Origin: Minisyncoccota bacterium
Lineage (GTDB): Bacteria > Patescibacteriota > Minisyncoccia > UBA6257 > 2-01-FULL-56-20
Reading direction: 5' to 3'
Length of the DNA: 64,000 nt
NCBI GenBank assembly: GCA_031291905.1
Contig: JARLIC010000137.1
Location: 51,762 to 115,761, forward strand
Part shown: piece by piece, positions 9,747 to 19,019 of the stretch
How the letters are laid out: every line of letters starts with the position of its first letter
Numbering within the stretch: the stretch's first letter is position 1
Program-made: the position numbers and the translations under genes
Notes under the pieces: generated by a model
What the model was told of the DNA's origin: nothing
The model's database searches: none
Seen by the model: only the letters and a program-made list of their open reading frames with translations

Positions 9747-10033
9747 GGCGACTCATTCCACGCCTTCTCGGCGTTCTGGCGTTCTTCGAGATAGACTTTG
9801 TATTCGGCGGCGGACCCTATGGCTTTCGCACCGGGCGGTTCCTCGTTCGCGAGACAGACGAGTTGCGGGATCGTGAACCGCGCCAGTTCCCATGGCTTGA
9901 ATTTGCCTTCCTTCATCGCACTGTGGTAGATTTCCCACCAGTTGATTTTCGGCTCGCTCGCCGTTGCCGCCGGGACGCCTGTGAGCCACTCGTTGCGCTG
10001 GGCGGCGTCATGCTCAGCTCGTCGGGTTTTGGG
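9743..10033 (-). CDS. Tail assembly chaperone GT extension (-1 frame)
   Basis: The -1 frame after the slippery C CCA AAA reads ...KINWWEIYHSAMKEGKFKPWELARFTIPQLVCL... and ends overlapping the TMP start. Confidence 0.75.
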   Translation of the reverse strand, partial: PKTRRAEHDAAQRNEWLTGVPAATASEPKINWWEIYHSAMKEGKFKPWELARFTIPQLVCLANEEPPGAKAIGSAAEYKVYLEERQNAEKAWNESP

Positions 10034-10467
10034 TCGGTGGCCACCATGTCGATGTTCGTCGCCTGGCCGACCATCGCGGCGTCCACCAAGCTCATTTCGG
10101 TGAACAGGGCCTCCGCGTCGGCCTCCGTGAACGTCGGATCGCCCTTGCGGATCGATAGGAACAACGTCTGCTTGACGCCTTCGATCGAGAGCAAGAGCTT
10201 GTCGGCCTCGGGGGTGCCGATCAGGTGTCGCGGCTGGCACGCCGTAGACAGGGCCTCTTTAAGCAGGAACTCCTGCTGCTTCCAATTCCACGACCCGCTC
10301 GCGATAGCCTTTTCGACTTCCTTGAACGGATCAGGGAACTGACGATCGATCCACTCCTGGAGGCAACCGAAGTCTCCAATGTCGAGCGGGTGAACCTTAT
10401 ATTCCTTGCCCTTGACCGTCATCGTCTTGGGCTGCGCCGTGAGTGCGGAAAGGTTATTCATGAGCAC
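9913..10467 (-). CDS. Tail assembly chaperone G
   Basis: Lies between tail tube and TMP; contains TVKGKEYKVHPLDIGDF and the slippery heptamer. Confidence 0.8.
   Translation of the reverse strand: MLMNNLSALTAQPKTMTVKGKEYKVHPLDIGDFGCLQEWIDRQFPDPFKEVEKAIASGSWNWKQQEFLLKEALSTACQPRHLIGTPEADKLLLSIEGVKQTLFLSIRKGDPTFTEADAEALFTEMSLVDAAMVGQATNIDMVATDPKPDELSMTPPSATSGSQASRRQRRASRKSTGGKSTTVR
10027..10033 (-). other. Programmed -1 ribosomal frameshift site CCCAAAA
   Basis: GAC CCA AAA gives an X XXY YYZ heptamer in frame in chaperone G; the -1 frame is open to 9743. Confidence 0.75.
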
Positions 10468-10468
10468 C

Positions 10469-10882
10469 TTAACTGTAGGGGAAGAACTTGCTGTTGGATA
10501 CTAACGTGCAGGTGTATTTCACGACGTCCTTGATATCGATATTGGAGGCGAAGTTCGAGATGTCGAACAGCCCGTGTCCCATCACGGCTCCCGCATCGAG
10601 CCCGAGCACGGTCGGGCACGCCCTGATTCCCGAATAGAGGTTGAACATGAGGGCGCTGGGAATGCTGTCGACGTGGAACATTCCTTCGACGTTGACCGTG
10701 GTATTCGCCATCACCGGGATCTGGGTGTTGAACAGGATGTTCGCATCCCCGTCGTAGTTCGTGTTGTCAGTACTGTCCACCAGCGTGCGGGCGACGTCGA
10801 ATGTGTACTTCGTAATCGGGATGTTCGTCCCGTTGAAGGTAATATACGACTGCATGCCGACTCTTTTTCCATCTTCGCCCAT
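10469..10882 (-). CDS. Major tail tube protein
   Basis: 137 aa, beta-rich, between tail terminator and chaperone; DSTD and VKYTCTL motifs typical of tube proteins. Confidence 0.75.
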   Translation of the reverse strand: MGEDGKRVGMQSYITFNGTNIPITKYTFDVARTLVDSTDNTNYDGDANILFNTQIPVMANTTVNVEGMFHVDSIPSALMFNLYSGIRACPTVLGLDAGAVMGHGLFDISNFASNIDIKDVVKYTCTLVSNSKFFPYS

Positions 10883-10900
10883 CTCGACCCTCCCCCTTCG

Positions 10901-12454
10901 TCAGAAATACCGCTCGATGAAATACTCGAATTCGATGATGCGTTTGTAGAGGGTCACGTTTCCGCCGGGGCCGGTCGCCTTGAACTTCGGGAACTGGCGT
11001 TCGGTGCGGCGCAGATAGAGAAGGACGCCGTCGGAGAACACCAACGGGGCGTCCTGGAGCGAGGCGGCCACGGCGTCGGCCATCTGGCGGGCGAGCAATT
11101 TCTCGGTCGCGACGACTTCGATCAGGAAGACGCCGTTGATGATCGACCCATGTGCACCGCGTGAACTCCTGGATTCGTAGTCCTCGAACTCCCTCGGCTC
11201 GCTGAACACGACGTACGGCGGGTCGGTCTTGGGCAACTCGACGTCGGAGACGAACTTCTCGCCCGTCGGTGCCCCCTTGACGTCGCCGAACGCGGCGACG
11301 ATCGCCGGCTTGGTCCTCAGCCATGCGATACACGCGGCGATCAGATCCCACGGCTTGTCGTACCGCTGGTCGTCTGGCTGGAGGATCGACGTCTTGACCT
11401 GCGGAGCGGGCCACATCAGTGGAACGCGTCGCTTGGGGACGACCACGAACAGCGGATGCGGCCGGGGGTCGTGTCGCGGCGGCGGGACGACGAACTGAAG
11501 GAACTGGCTCGTGAAGACCCACGGCGCAGCCTTGCGGCCGCGAAGGCGGGGGACGACGATCGGATCGAAGACCGGGATGCTGCGGTAGGCGATCGGCGGT
11601 CGGGTCGCGACGACGATCGGAACGCGGAGAGCTTTCGATCCCTTGAGGCGGGATGGAACGACGGTCGGCTGGGTCGACCACTGGGGGGCCAGCTCGAATG
11701 CGTCGCCGGGCAGGATCGTGACGATCCCCTTGAGCCGGGGGCCTCGCGCTGGGCGGGCGACCACGATCGGGCTTGCCCCGCGAGGGCGGATCTGTCGCGT
11801 CGCGTCGAACGAAGAGTGCAGGACGATCGGCGATCGAAATCGGCGCCTTGAGGCCGCCGGAGTGGTTACTATCTGGGGCGAGGGAGGCGGGGCTTCGGCG
11901 ATGCCTCCGGGCAGGATCGTGACGATCCCCTTGAGCCGAGGGCCTCGCGTTGGACGGCGGACGACGACCGGAGGATGGGGGCTGGCCCCCTGATTAATCC
12001 CCCACTTGTACGCCGGATGGACGATGATCGCGGGGGCCGCACGACGCAACCGAGGCGGATCAACGACGACGATCTGGTTCGGCAGGCCGTCCTTCGGCGG
12101 CTGCGTGTACCGCGTGCGGACGATGATCGCACGGGGAAGCGGCTTGGGCCTGCGAGCGACGTTGACGCCGAGCCACGTCGGCTGAAGGGGCTTGGGAGAA
12201 CCACCTCCACCGCTTGGAGGAGGGGGCGTGGGGACGCCCGTGACGACCCGAGTCGACGTGATTTGGATCAGGTCGAACGGCGACGGGCGGCGCCGCGTGA
12301 CGTAGTTGACGCCGAACCAAGTCGGCTGGAGCGGCTTCGGCGAACCACCCGCACCGATCGGCGGCGGCGGGACGACCACCGTGGACGCCGGCGGACTGGG
12401 CGTGACGACCAGGATGCGGCGGCGTCGACTTCCGTACTGGTAGCGGATTCCCAT
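10901..12454 (-). CDS. Tail terminator-like (DUF3168-like) C-terminal domain fused to a long Pro/Arg/Val-rich repetitive N-terminus
   Basis: C-terminal DLIAACIAWLR...PPYVVFSE...FLIEVVA...LARQMADAVAASL; N-terminal region of roughly 370 aa is low complexity. Confidence 0.7.
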   Translation of the reverse strand: MGIRYQYGSRRRRILVVTPSPPASTVVVPPPPIGAGGSPKPLQPTWFGVNYVTRRRPSPFDLIQITSTRVVTGVPTPPPPSGGGGSPKPLQPTWLGVNVARRPKPLPRAIIVRTRYTQPPKDGLPNQIVVVDPPRLRRAAPAIIVHPAYKWGINQGASPHPPVVVRRPTRGPRLKGIVTILPGGIAEAPPPSPQIVTTPAASRRRFRSPIVLHSSFDATRQIRPRGASPIVVARPARGPRLKGIVTILPGDAFELAPQWSTQPTVVPSRLKGSKALRVPIVVATRPPIAYRSIPVFDPIVVPRLRGRKAAPWVFTSQFLQFVVPPPRHDPRPHPLFVVVPKRRVPLMWPAPQVKTSILQPDDQRYDKPWDLIAACIAWLRTKPAIVAAFGDVKGAPTGEKFVSDVELPKTDPPYVVFSEPREFEDYESRSSRGAHGSIINGVFLIEVVATEKLLARQMADAVAASLQDAPLVFSDGVLLYLRRTERQFPKFKATGPGGNVTLYKRIIEFEYFIERYF

Positions 12455-12561
12455 GTTCTACAGGCCCACCGCCATACGGGGAGGTTGTCATGGATGTGAA
12501 GAAAGCGGGGAGGAGATGCGGGGGCGGCTGAAGCCGGAGCCCCGCTGAACGAACGCGGGCG

Positions 12562-13020
12562 TCACTCCTCGTAGCGGACGCCGCCGATGCAGTTGACCTG
12601 CGCCGTGGTCGTCACCTTGAGGCCGAGGATCGTGCCGCCGGGGACCATGTCTTCCTGGCCCGGGGGCAACGGGTAGATGACCAGGCCGCCGAAGACCGGG
12701 ATCGGATAGACGTGCAGCACGTCGCCCGAGGTGGGAGCCCCGGTCTGCGTGTTCTTGCTGACGGCCTGGAGCACCTCGCCGACGCTCGAAGGGTCGTTGA
12801 CCTTCTTGGGGGGGACGCTAGTGTTGGTGAACGAGCCGCCGGCCTGACGCTCGACGACCAGCGTGCCCGGCGCGTTGGCACTGTTGGTGCCGTCGAAGCC
12901 GACCTCGTAGCCGAGGATGCGGAGCCTCTGATTGGGGGGAGCGACGAGCTGCATCACCGTCAGGGTATTGGCGTTGATGTTCGCCGTGGTCCAGGTCGCG
13001 TAGCCGATCAAACCAGCCAT
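12562..13020 (-). CDS. Putative virion protein
   Basis: ATG at 13020 after GAGG; beta-rich; flanked by structured intergenic sequence. Confidence 0.65.
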   Translation of the reverse strand: MAGLIGYATWTTANINANTLTVMQLVAPPNQRLRILGYEVGFDGTNSANAPGTLVVERQAGGSFTNTSVPPKKVNDPSSVGEVLQAVSKNTQTGAPTSGDVLHVYPIPVFGGLVIYPLPPGQEDMVPGGTILGLKVTTTAQVNCIGGVRYEE

Positions 13021-13165
13021 GATGTGGAACCTCTTGATATGCGGAGGGATGGGAAAAGGCGGGGAACGAACGGGCCGAGGCTCCACGTTGGAACTGGCCG
13101 CCCGGCACGCCCGTCGAAGACGGGGTGTTTTGGAAGTGGGAAGGGGAAGTGGAGGCGAAGCCGCC

Positions 13166-13912
13166 TCAGTCGGGATGGTAGTACTGAAAAGGGATGGGCA
13201 CGACGACGGGCCGGCGTGGGGGGAGGACGATGGCTCCGCTGGCGTTGACCAGGAGGTCGTCCATGAACACGCGGCTCGACGTGTTGTTCGCCTGTGCGGC
13301 GAACCCGTAGTAGCCGCCCGACGTGATGTCCGAGGCGGTGAGCGACGAGATCACGTTCACGGAAGTCGGCTGAAACGCACCGCTCGAATCCATCGTGTAG
13401 CCGTCGCTCATCCGAGTGAGAGTGACGTTGAAGATGTTCAGGCCGTACGTGACGACGCGGATCGCGTACCAACTGCCCTGGATGAGCGAACTGTCAGAGT
13501 TGGTGACGGACGCCAGGGTTGTGACCGTGCCGTTGACGATCTTGTCGAACTGGAGGTGAGCCCCCGTGAACGCGTTGTTGTACGCCAGATTCACCCAGTA
13601 GGCCGACGTGGTCGAGTTGTCCATCGTCGCGGCCGAGCACCGCATCGTCGGCCCGACCTTGTACAAGCCGACCGTCGCCGAGGAAGTGACGTAGACCATG
13701 CCCGTCAGGTCGAACGTGGCGCCGGCGCCGGGGTCGGCGATGCCGCTGGTCGCGTAATATTTGGTTCCCGCCGTGCCACTCGACAGCACCAAGCTGTTCG
13801 GCGACGAAAAGAATTGAGCGGCCGACGTGACCATCCCCGCGTCGTTGTTCCAGTTCGCCGGGATCGCGGGCGGCGTGACCGAGTCCCAATTTCCAACCAG
13901 AGAAAACGCCAT
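13166..13912 (-). CDS. Putative virion protein, lectin/ConA-like beta sandwich
   Basis: Ser/Thr-rich beta protein with WYAIRV and ITSGGYYGF...VFMDDL. Confidence 0.55.
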   Translation of the reverse strand: MAFSLVGNWDSVTPPAIPANWNNDAGMVTSAAQFFSSPNSLVLSSGTAGTKYYATSGIADPGAGATFDLTGMVYVTSSATVGLYKVGPTMRCSAATMDNSTTSAYWVNLAYNNAFTGAHLQFDKIVNGTVTTLASVTNSDSSLIQGSWYAIRVVTYGLNIFNVTLTRMSDGYTMDSSGAFQPTSVNVISSLTASDITSGGYYGFAAQANNTSSRVFMDDLLVNASGAIVLPPRRPVVVPIPFQYYHPD

Positions 13913-13915
13913 GGA

Positions 13916-14278
13916 TCAAGTCTTCTCCTGACACGAAGCCCACCATTGGGCGGCGGGGACGGCCGGGGCGGTGTAGCCGACGACCTGATAGATCCGCGTA
14001 CGTCCCGCGCCGTCGACCCAAACAAGCACGTCTTTTGAACTCAGATCCGCGTCGTCAAGGAAGTAGATTTTCGTCGGATTGAACTCGATAGTCCGATTCA
14101 TTCCAGTTTCATCGCTGGTGTCGACGATCGTCCGGGCCTCTCCGGGCTGAACGAAGCAACGGAGCGATTGCGAGGACGTGGACGACGCGACTCTCGCCCC
14201 GCCGTCCTGATCGGCACCGAACGCATTGTGTTGCACCGTGACCGTATGAGGAGCCATGCGGGCGGAAGGTCGTCTCAT
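13916..14278 (-). CDS. Head closure / head-tail adaptor (SPP1 gp16-like)
   Basis: 120 aa, follows the connector; HTVTVQ, LRCFVQP, DVLVW...YQVVG. Confidence 0.65.
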   Translation of the reverse strand: MRRPSARMAPHTVTVQHNAFGADQDGGARVASSTSSQSLRCFVQPGEARTIVDTSDETGMNRTIEFNPTKIYFLDDADLSSKDVLVWVDGAGRTRIYQVVGYTAPAVPAAQWWASCQEKT

Positions 14279-14281
14279 GGG

Positions 14282-15529
14282 TTACGCTCGATGGGAAACG
14301 TAGAGGGCGAGATCCTGACGGACGGGGTCCGGGATCGCCAGGTTCATAAGGTCGTTGATCTCGTACGAGTAATAGCCCGTCGACTCTTTCTTGACCGCGT
14401 AATCGAGGTTGATCCGCGAATACACGGTCTTGACGAGGTCGATCGCCGCCGTCTGGATGACCGTCGGGATCGTGGTGAACCCCGCGTCGTAGATCACGCG
14501 GACCACGTCGTTGGAGTGGTCGATGCTGGAGTCGAGACCCTGCATCCAGCCCGGCCCCCACATCGAGCCGAAGCCGTCGCTGAAGCCCACGCCGGGCGTG
14601 ACCAGCAGTCCGGTTCGTCGGTCCAGCCGCGACGTCGACACGTCCTCGCTGAACACCTGGAGCTGGACGCCGTCCGACAAGGCTCCCTGGGAGGTTCCGT
14701 CGCAATAAATTTCCGACACCGGCCAGCGTCCGTAGCCCATGGGGTCGACTGTGGCTTTCCACCCCGAGACCGCGTTGACGGCTGCGGCGAGGTCGTTGAT
14801 CGTCGCGAGGCCGGCGAACAGGATCGGGGTCGACGACGCGATCCCATAGGACGCACCGGCGAGGTTGAGACCCGTGTACGAAACGCTGAATGGGTTGGGG
14901 AGAACCACGTCCACGGTGCTGAAGTCGACGTAGGCCACCTGATAGGCCGAAGGGTCGGCGGTGATCGTGATCGCCGTTCGCGGGCTCCGCGACACGCGGA
15001 CGGCCCGATGCACGGGCATCTCCGAAAGCATCACTTCGCCGTCAAGCGTCGGGCTCAGGTATTCGGTGTACTCGCGTCGTGAAAACGTCCGGTTGCAGTA
15101 GCGGCGGATCTTCTCGGTGACGCCCTGGAGGATCAGCGGCAGCATCGCCACCTTGGCGGGATCGGCCGCGATGTCGGGGTTGAGAGCGAGGGCCGAAGCG
15201 GCCGAAACCAGCACGTCGTATTGCGGCTGATTGCCTGGTGCGGCGACGACTTCCAGAAGCCCGAAGGCGAGTTCGCCGTTGTTCGACGCGAGCCGGACGT
15301 GGACGGCATAGCCGCCGGGGGCGAGTGAAGCCGTTTGAGCGGCCGTCAGCGACAGCAGGATGTTCGGAGGACCGGCCGCCGCGAACGTGGGCGTGAACGT
15401 GATCAACGCCGCGTCGGTCAGCCCAGTGGAGACCGTCGCCGCCAGGATCGCGGTGGACGCGAGCGGGCACGCCGTAACGACGATCGGCGTCTTCGCCGCC
15501 TGACCTTGGACCACCTGCCACGTAAACAT
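14282..15529 (-). CDS. Head-tail connector (gp15/gp6-like) with extra N-terminal and inserted domains
   Basis: TEKIRRYCNRTF...EYTEYL; VRVIYDAGFTTIPTVIQTAAIDLV; KESTGYYSYE; DLALY. Confidence 0.75.
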   Translation of the reverse strand: MFTWQVVQGQAAKTPIVVTACPLASTAILAATVSTGLTDAALITFTPTFAAAGPPNILLSLTAAQTASLAPGGYAVHVRLASNNGELAFGLLEVVAAPGNQPQYDVLVSAASALALNPDIAADPAKVAMLPLILQGVTEKIRRYCNRTFSRREYTEYLSPTLDGEVMLSEMPVHRAVRVSRSPRTAITITADPSAYQVAYVDFSTVDVVLPNPFSVSYTGLNLAGASYGIASSTPILFAGLATINDLAAAVNAVSGWKATVDPMGYGRWPVSEIYCDGTSQGALSDGVQLQVFSEDVSTSRLDRRTGLLVTPGVGFSDGFGSMWGPGWMQGLDSSIDHSNDVVRVIYDAGFTTIPTVIQTAAIDLVKTVYSRINLDYAVKKESTGYYSYEINDLMNLAIPDPVRQDLALYVSHRA

Positions 15530-15557
15530 GCGTAATCCTCAATCCAGGCGGTCGAAG

Positions 15558-15689
15558 TCAACTGCAATTACACGGGGCGGTGGGGCTCGTCGGCGTCGGA
15601 ATATACGCGGCGAACGGCAGCGAACACGGAATGGGATCGACGACCCCGCCGGCGCCCATGCCGAGGTTCGACAGAAAGTAGATGATCAT
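15558..15689 (-). CDS. Small protein (43 aa), below the ORF track threshold
   Basis: GAGGAGG RBS; MIIYFLSNLGMGAGGVVDPIPCSLPFAAYIPTPTSPTAPCNCS fills the gap in the operon. Confidence 0.6.
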   Translation of the reverse strand: MIIYFLSNLGMGAGGVVDPIPCSLPFAAYIPTPTSPTAPCNCS

Positions 15690-15701
15690 GACGAAGCCTC
15701 C

Positions 15702-17057
15702 TCAGACGAGGACGTATGCGACCTCGCCGGACACCGAGACGGCGCCAGAGAGGTTGATGTTCAAGGCCGCACTACTCGCCGTCCTGAAACGGCCGATCGG
15801 AGAGTATGAGCCGCCCGCCGAAGCGTACTGAATCATGTAGCGAAGACCCGAGATGTCGGTCGTGGCCGACTGCCACTTGACGTTGACGGTTCCGTTCGCG
15901 GTCGCCGACCATTGGAGGACGACGATCTGCTTGCCGGCCGACGACGCGACGACCTGCGTGTTGCCCGATGAGCTGGCGGTGAAGGTCGCGTATAGCGGCG
16001 CCGTCGGGACCGCCCCGCTATAGAGCGTGCTGACGTCGTCGGCGTTGGCGATCTTGCCGATCAGGTTCGTCCCGGCCGCGACGCCTACCGGGTTCGTGAT
16101 CGTGCCGACCGTCGTGACGTTGGTCACGGTGCCGACCGTGGTCACGGTCGCCAACGTCTGGGCGGAAGCAATGCTGACCGTCGCTAGCAGGTTCGCGGCG
16201 TTGGATTGAGCCACCGTCACCGGGTTAGTGATCCCCGTGACCGCCGTGACGGTCGAGACCGTGGCGAGCGTCTGGGCGGCGGCCAGAGAGACGGTCGCAT
16301 TCAGGTTGGAAGCGGTCGGCTGAGCCACGGTGACCGGGTTCGTGACGCTGGTGACGGCCCCGACGGTCCCCACGTTCGTGACGGTCGCTAGGGTCTGGGC
16401 CGCCGCGATGGACACGGTCGCGTTGAGGTTGGACGCCGTGGGCTGCGAGACCGTCACGGCGTTGGTGATCGTGCCGACCGTGCCGACGTTGGTGACCGTA
16501 GCAAGGGTTTGCGCCGAAGCGATCGAGACCGTGGCGTTGAGATTGGCTGCGGTGGGCTGTGCGACAGTAACGGGATTGGTGATCCCCGTCACGGCGGTCA
16601 CGGTCGACACCGTGCCGACGGTCGTCACTGTCCCGAGCGTCTGCCCTGATGCGATGTTCGCCGTGCAAAGCAGACTGGAGGCCGTCGGCTGCACGACCGT
16701 CACCGGATTGGTGATCGACGTGATCGAGGAGATCGCCCCGACGCTGACGGTCCCGCTGATCGCGGCGAGCACCGTCAGTTGGCCGCTGCTGTTGACGACC
16801 GCCGTGTTGCCCCCCTGCTTGATCGACATGACCCAGGGGTTGGTGTTCGGCGTATCGCCGGGGTTGACGACCCACGTCCCATCCTGCACCACGGGCATGC
16901 CGTTTCCGACCTGGACTGGCTGGGCGACAGCCGCATTGTCGGTGACGCTCGTCATGAAGACCATGGCGGCGGGCGCGTAAGCCTCGCCCGCCGCCGTCTT
17001 GTAGGTGACGAGCTTGGCGCCGCCTGCCCCGGCATTGAGTTCAATGTTCGTGGACAA
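15702..17057 (-). CDS. Thr/Val/Ala-rich repeat fibre-like virion protein
   Basis: About five tandem repeats like NPVTVAQPTAANLNATVSIASAQTLATVTNVGTVGTIT. Confidence 0.7.
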   Translation of the reverse strand: MSTNIELNAGAGGAKLVTYKTAAGEAYAPAAMVFMTSVTDNAAVAQPVQVGNGMPVVQDGTWVVNPGDTPNTNPWVMSIKQGGNTAVVNSSGQLTVLAAISGTVSVGAISSITSITNPVTVVQPTASSLLCTANIASGQTLGTVTTVGTVSTVTAVTGITNPVTVAQPTAANLNATVSIASAQTLATVTNVGTVGTITNAVTVSQPTASNLNATVSIAAAQTLATVTNVGTVGAVTSVTNPVTVAQPTASNLNATVSLAAAQTLATVSTVTAVTGITNPVTVAQSNAANLLATVSIASAQTLATVTTVGTVTNVTTVGTITNPVGVAAGTNLIGKIANADDVSTLYSGAVPTAPLYATFTASSSGNTQVVASSAGKQIVVLQWSATANGTVNVKWQSATTDISGLRYMIQYASAGGSYSPIGRFRTASSAALNINLSGAVSVSGEVAYVLV

Positions 17058-17060
17058 CGC

Positions 17061-18656
17061 TCAGCACTCCGAATTGAAAATATAATTGTTCGTCACATTG
17101 GTGGTGAGCGAGGCCACGAACTTGGGGACGACCCCTCCCCGCAGTGCGGTCGCCAACGCGGACGGGTCGCCGGTCGCACCGCCGAAGGTGTCGATGTAGC
17201 AGACGCCATTCGCGGCGGCGGGTCTCGCCGTGACGCGGACCGTCACCCAGCCGGCGGCGGACGGCGTGAACGTCGTGAGCGACAGTTGGTTCCAGGTCCC
17301 CGTGTTGGCGGGCGCCGTGGTTGAGGCCGCCGAAACGCCGATGGCCGGCTCGGCGAGCACCTCGAAGACGGGAGGCGTCGCCGTGCCGTAGTTCGCGTCA
17401 GCGTTGGTGTAGATCGTCAGCGTGGTTGCGGACGCCGCGACCGGAACGCGCCACTCTTGCGTTCCGGGTCCGGGGCCGAGCTTCTCGGCCGCCGATCCCG
17501 CCTGGACTGTTCCGGTCTGGACCGTCGCCGTATCCTGTCGGCCGAAGCAGCCGACTTGCATCAAGAGCGATCCGCTGCCGGCCGGGACCATGCGGCCGCT
17601 GATGTCGACCGCAGGAGGGGTCCCCCCGTTGCCGAATCCAAGCTGCGGACTGCCGTCGAGCGGCTCCATGAACGGCCGAGGCGAAAGGCCAACCAGACGC
17701 TCGCCGCCGAAGTTCAGTCGCGGGTTGGCCGCGATCCGGGAGTGGGCTCCGATGGACACCGCCGTCCGGGGAGTGGTGACGTAGAAATCGTTGTAATCCT
17801 CGTCGATCACCGACGTGTTGTTGGCTGAAACGCTGCCGTTGAAGAAATAGCAGCCGTAGATCCCTATCTTCGTGGTCAAGGTGACGGCCGAACTGGTGTA
17901 GGCGGAAGCGCCCCCGCCGAAGACGAAACTGCAATTCTGGATCGTCTGGCCGGTTGCGAGGAATGAGCCGGAGCCCGTCTGCGTAAGGCGGGCGCCGGAG
18001 CCGCCGCCATAGAACAGGCTGTTTTGGATGAGGTTGCCCAGGCTATATTCAGCGGTGTGGAGCGGCGGCCGAATTTCCACGCCAATCCCGCCGGTAGGCG
18101 AGACGACCGTGTTTTGTGTGAACGTCAAGTTCATCGCCGCGCCAGCCGTGCCGTCGAACCAGCAGGTGACCGTTTTGAGTTGATGGGGGATGAGAATGCA
18201 ATTCGCAACCGTCCAGTTGGACCACACCCCCGTGACATACAGGGCGCACGCCGCCTGAGACGTGTTCGATCCTGTGATCTGGAAACCTTGGATCGTGACG
18301 TAACTCTTTCCGGTCGCGTAGAGCGTCGCCGTGGCCGTGAGCGCCGTCGTGTCGTTCGACCAGCCGAGCCACTCCACCTGGCCGGTGGCCGGCGTGGCGT
18401 AACCGCCGGCGAGAAACCCTGTCCCGTCGCAGTCGCCGATGATCGAGAGCGGCCCGGCGAGCGTCGGCGACAGGCTGAGCGTCACGATCTCGCGATACGG
18501 AGTACCCGGCTCTACGTAGACGACGTCGCCCGTGCCCGACAGGGTGATTTTGGGAGTAGGCCCGATCGCGGCGCCAATGGTTTGCCATGGGTTCGTTGCG
18601 GAACCTGTGCCTGTACTGTCGCTGCCCCTGGAACTGCTGACGTAGTACAAAGCCAT
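17061..18656 (-). CDS. Beta-helix (pectate lyase-like) virion protein / putative depolymerase or spike
   Basis: MALYYVSSSRGSDSTGTGSATNPWQTI...GDVVYVEPG N-terminus and IQNSLF/IQNCSF beta-helix rungs. Confidence 0.7.
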   Translation of the reverse strand: MALYYVSSSRGSDSTGTGSATNPWQTIGAAIGPTPKITLSGTGDVVYVEPGTPYREIVTLSLSPTLAGPLSIIGDCDGTGFLAGGYATPATGQVEWLGWSNDTTALTATATLYATGKSYVTIQGFQITGSNTSQAACALYVTGVWSNWTVANCILIPHQLKTVTCWFDGTAGAAMNLTFTQNTVVSPTGGIGVEIRPPLHTAEYSLGNLIQNSLFYGGGSGARLTQTGSGSFLATGQTIQNCSFVFGGGASAYTSSAVTLTTKIGIYGCYFFNGSVSANNTSVIDEDYNDFYVTTPRTAVSIGAHSRIAANPRLNFGGERLVGLSPRPFMEPLDGSPQLGFGNGGTPPAVDISGRMVPAGSGSLLMQVGCFGRQDTATVQTGTVQAGSAAEKLGPGPGTQEWRVPVAASATTLTIYTNADANYGTATPPVFEVLAEPAIGVSAASTTAPANTGTWNQLSLTTFTPSAAGWVTVRVTARPAAANGVCYIDTFGGATGDPSALATALRGGVVPKFVASLTTNVTNNYIFNSEC

Positions 18657-18907
18657 CAGGCAACCCCTTTCGCTAGAGCCGCCATGCGAGGGGCGACTTC
18701 GGAGAGAAGTGCGGCGAGGGCTTCCGAAGGTAGGTTTTCCAGGAGATCCGAAACGAGAACGGCCGAATTCCCGGTGCAATCAACGAGCATTTCGCCGGTA
18801 ACAGAGTCGCAGAAGCCGATTTCGATCTTGTAGTCGTTTTTCAAAACGATCGACTTTGGACCCGGTATCGACGAAAGCACGTATGGATTAAGATCCATGC
18901 TGATCAA
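18656..18907 (-). CDS. Hypothetical protein
   Basis: Coupled to the downstream gene. Confidence 0.55.
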   Translation of the reverse strand: MISMDLNPYVLSSIPGPKSIVLKNDYKIEIGFCDSVTGEMLVDCTGNSAVLVSDLLENLPSEALAALLSEVAPRMAALAKGVA

Positions 18908-18948
18908 CCTCGCGATATGATTCGCCGAACGGCGGGGTGGGGCGGGCC

Positions 18949-18977
18949 TTGCTGAATTGCAAGAGATTTGGTAGGAT
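18949..18977 (+). promoter_or_regulatory. Sigma70-like promoter of the methyltransferase-glycosyltransferase gene
   Basis: TTGCTG-N17-TAGGAT. Confidence 0.55.
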
Positions 18978-19019
18978 CACCGATCCTACTTCTAAACTGC
19001 AAGGCTTGGAGCAAGACAA

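Noticed and set aside
13019-15082. Long plus-strand ORFs (339 and 304 aa) over the neck genes
   Set aside because: Arg/Gly/Val-rich antisense shadows of recognisable minus-strand genes.
16200-16760. Tandem DNA repeats as a possible CRISPR or VNTR element
   Set aside because: The repeats are in-frame, synonymously diverged coding repeats of the fibre gene, with no spacers.
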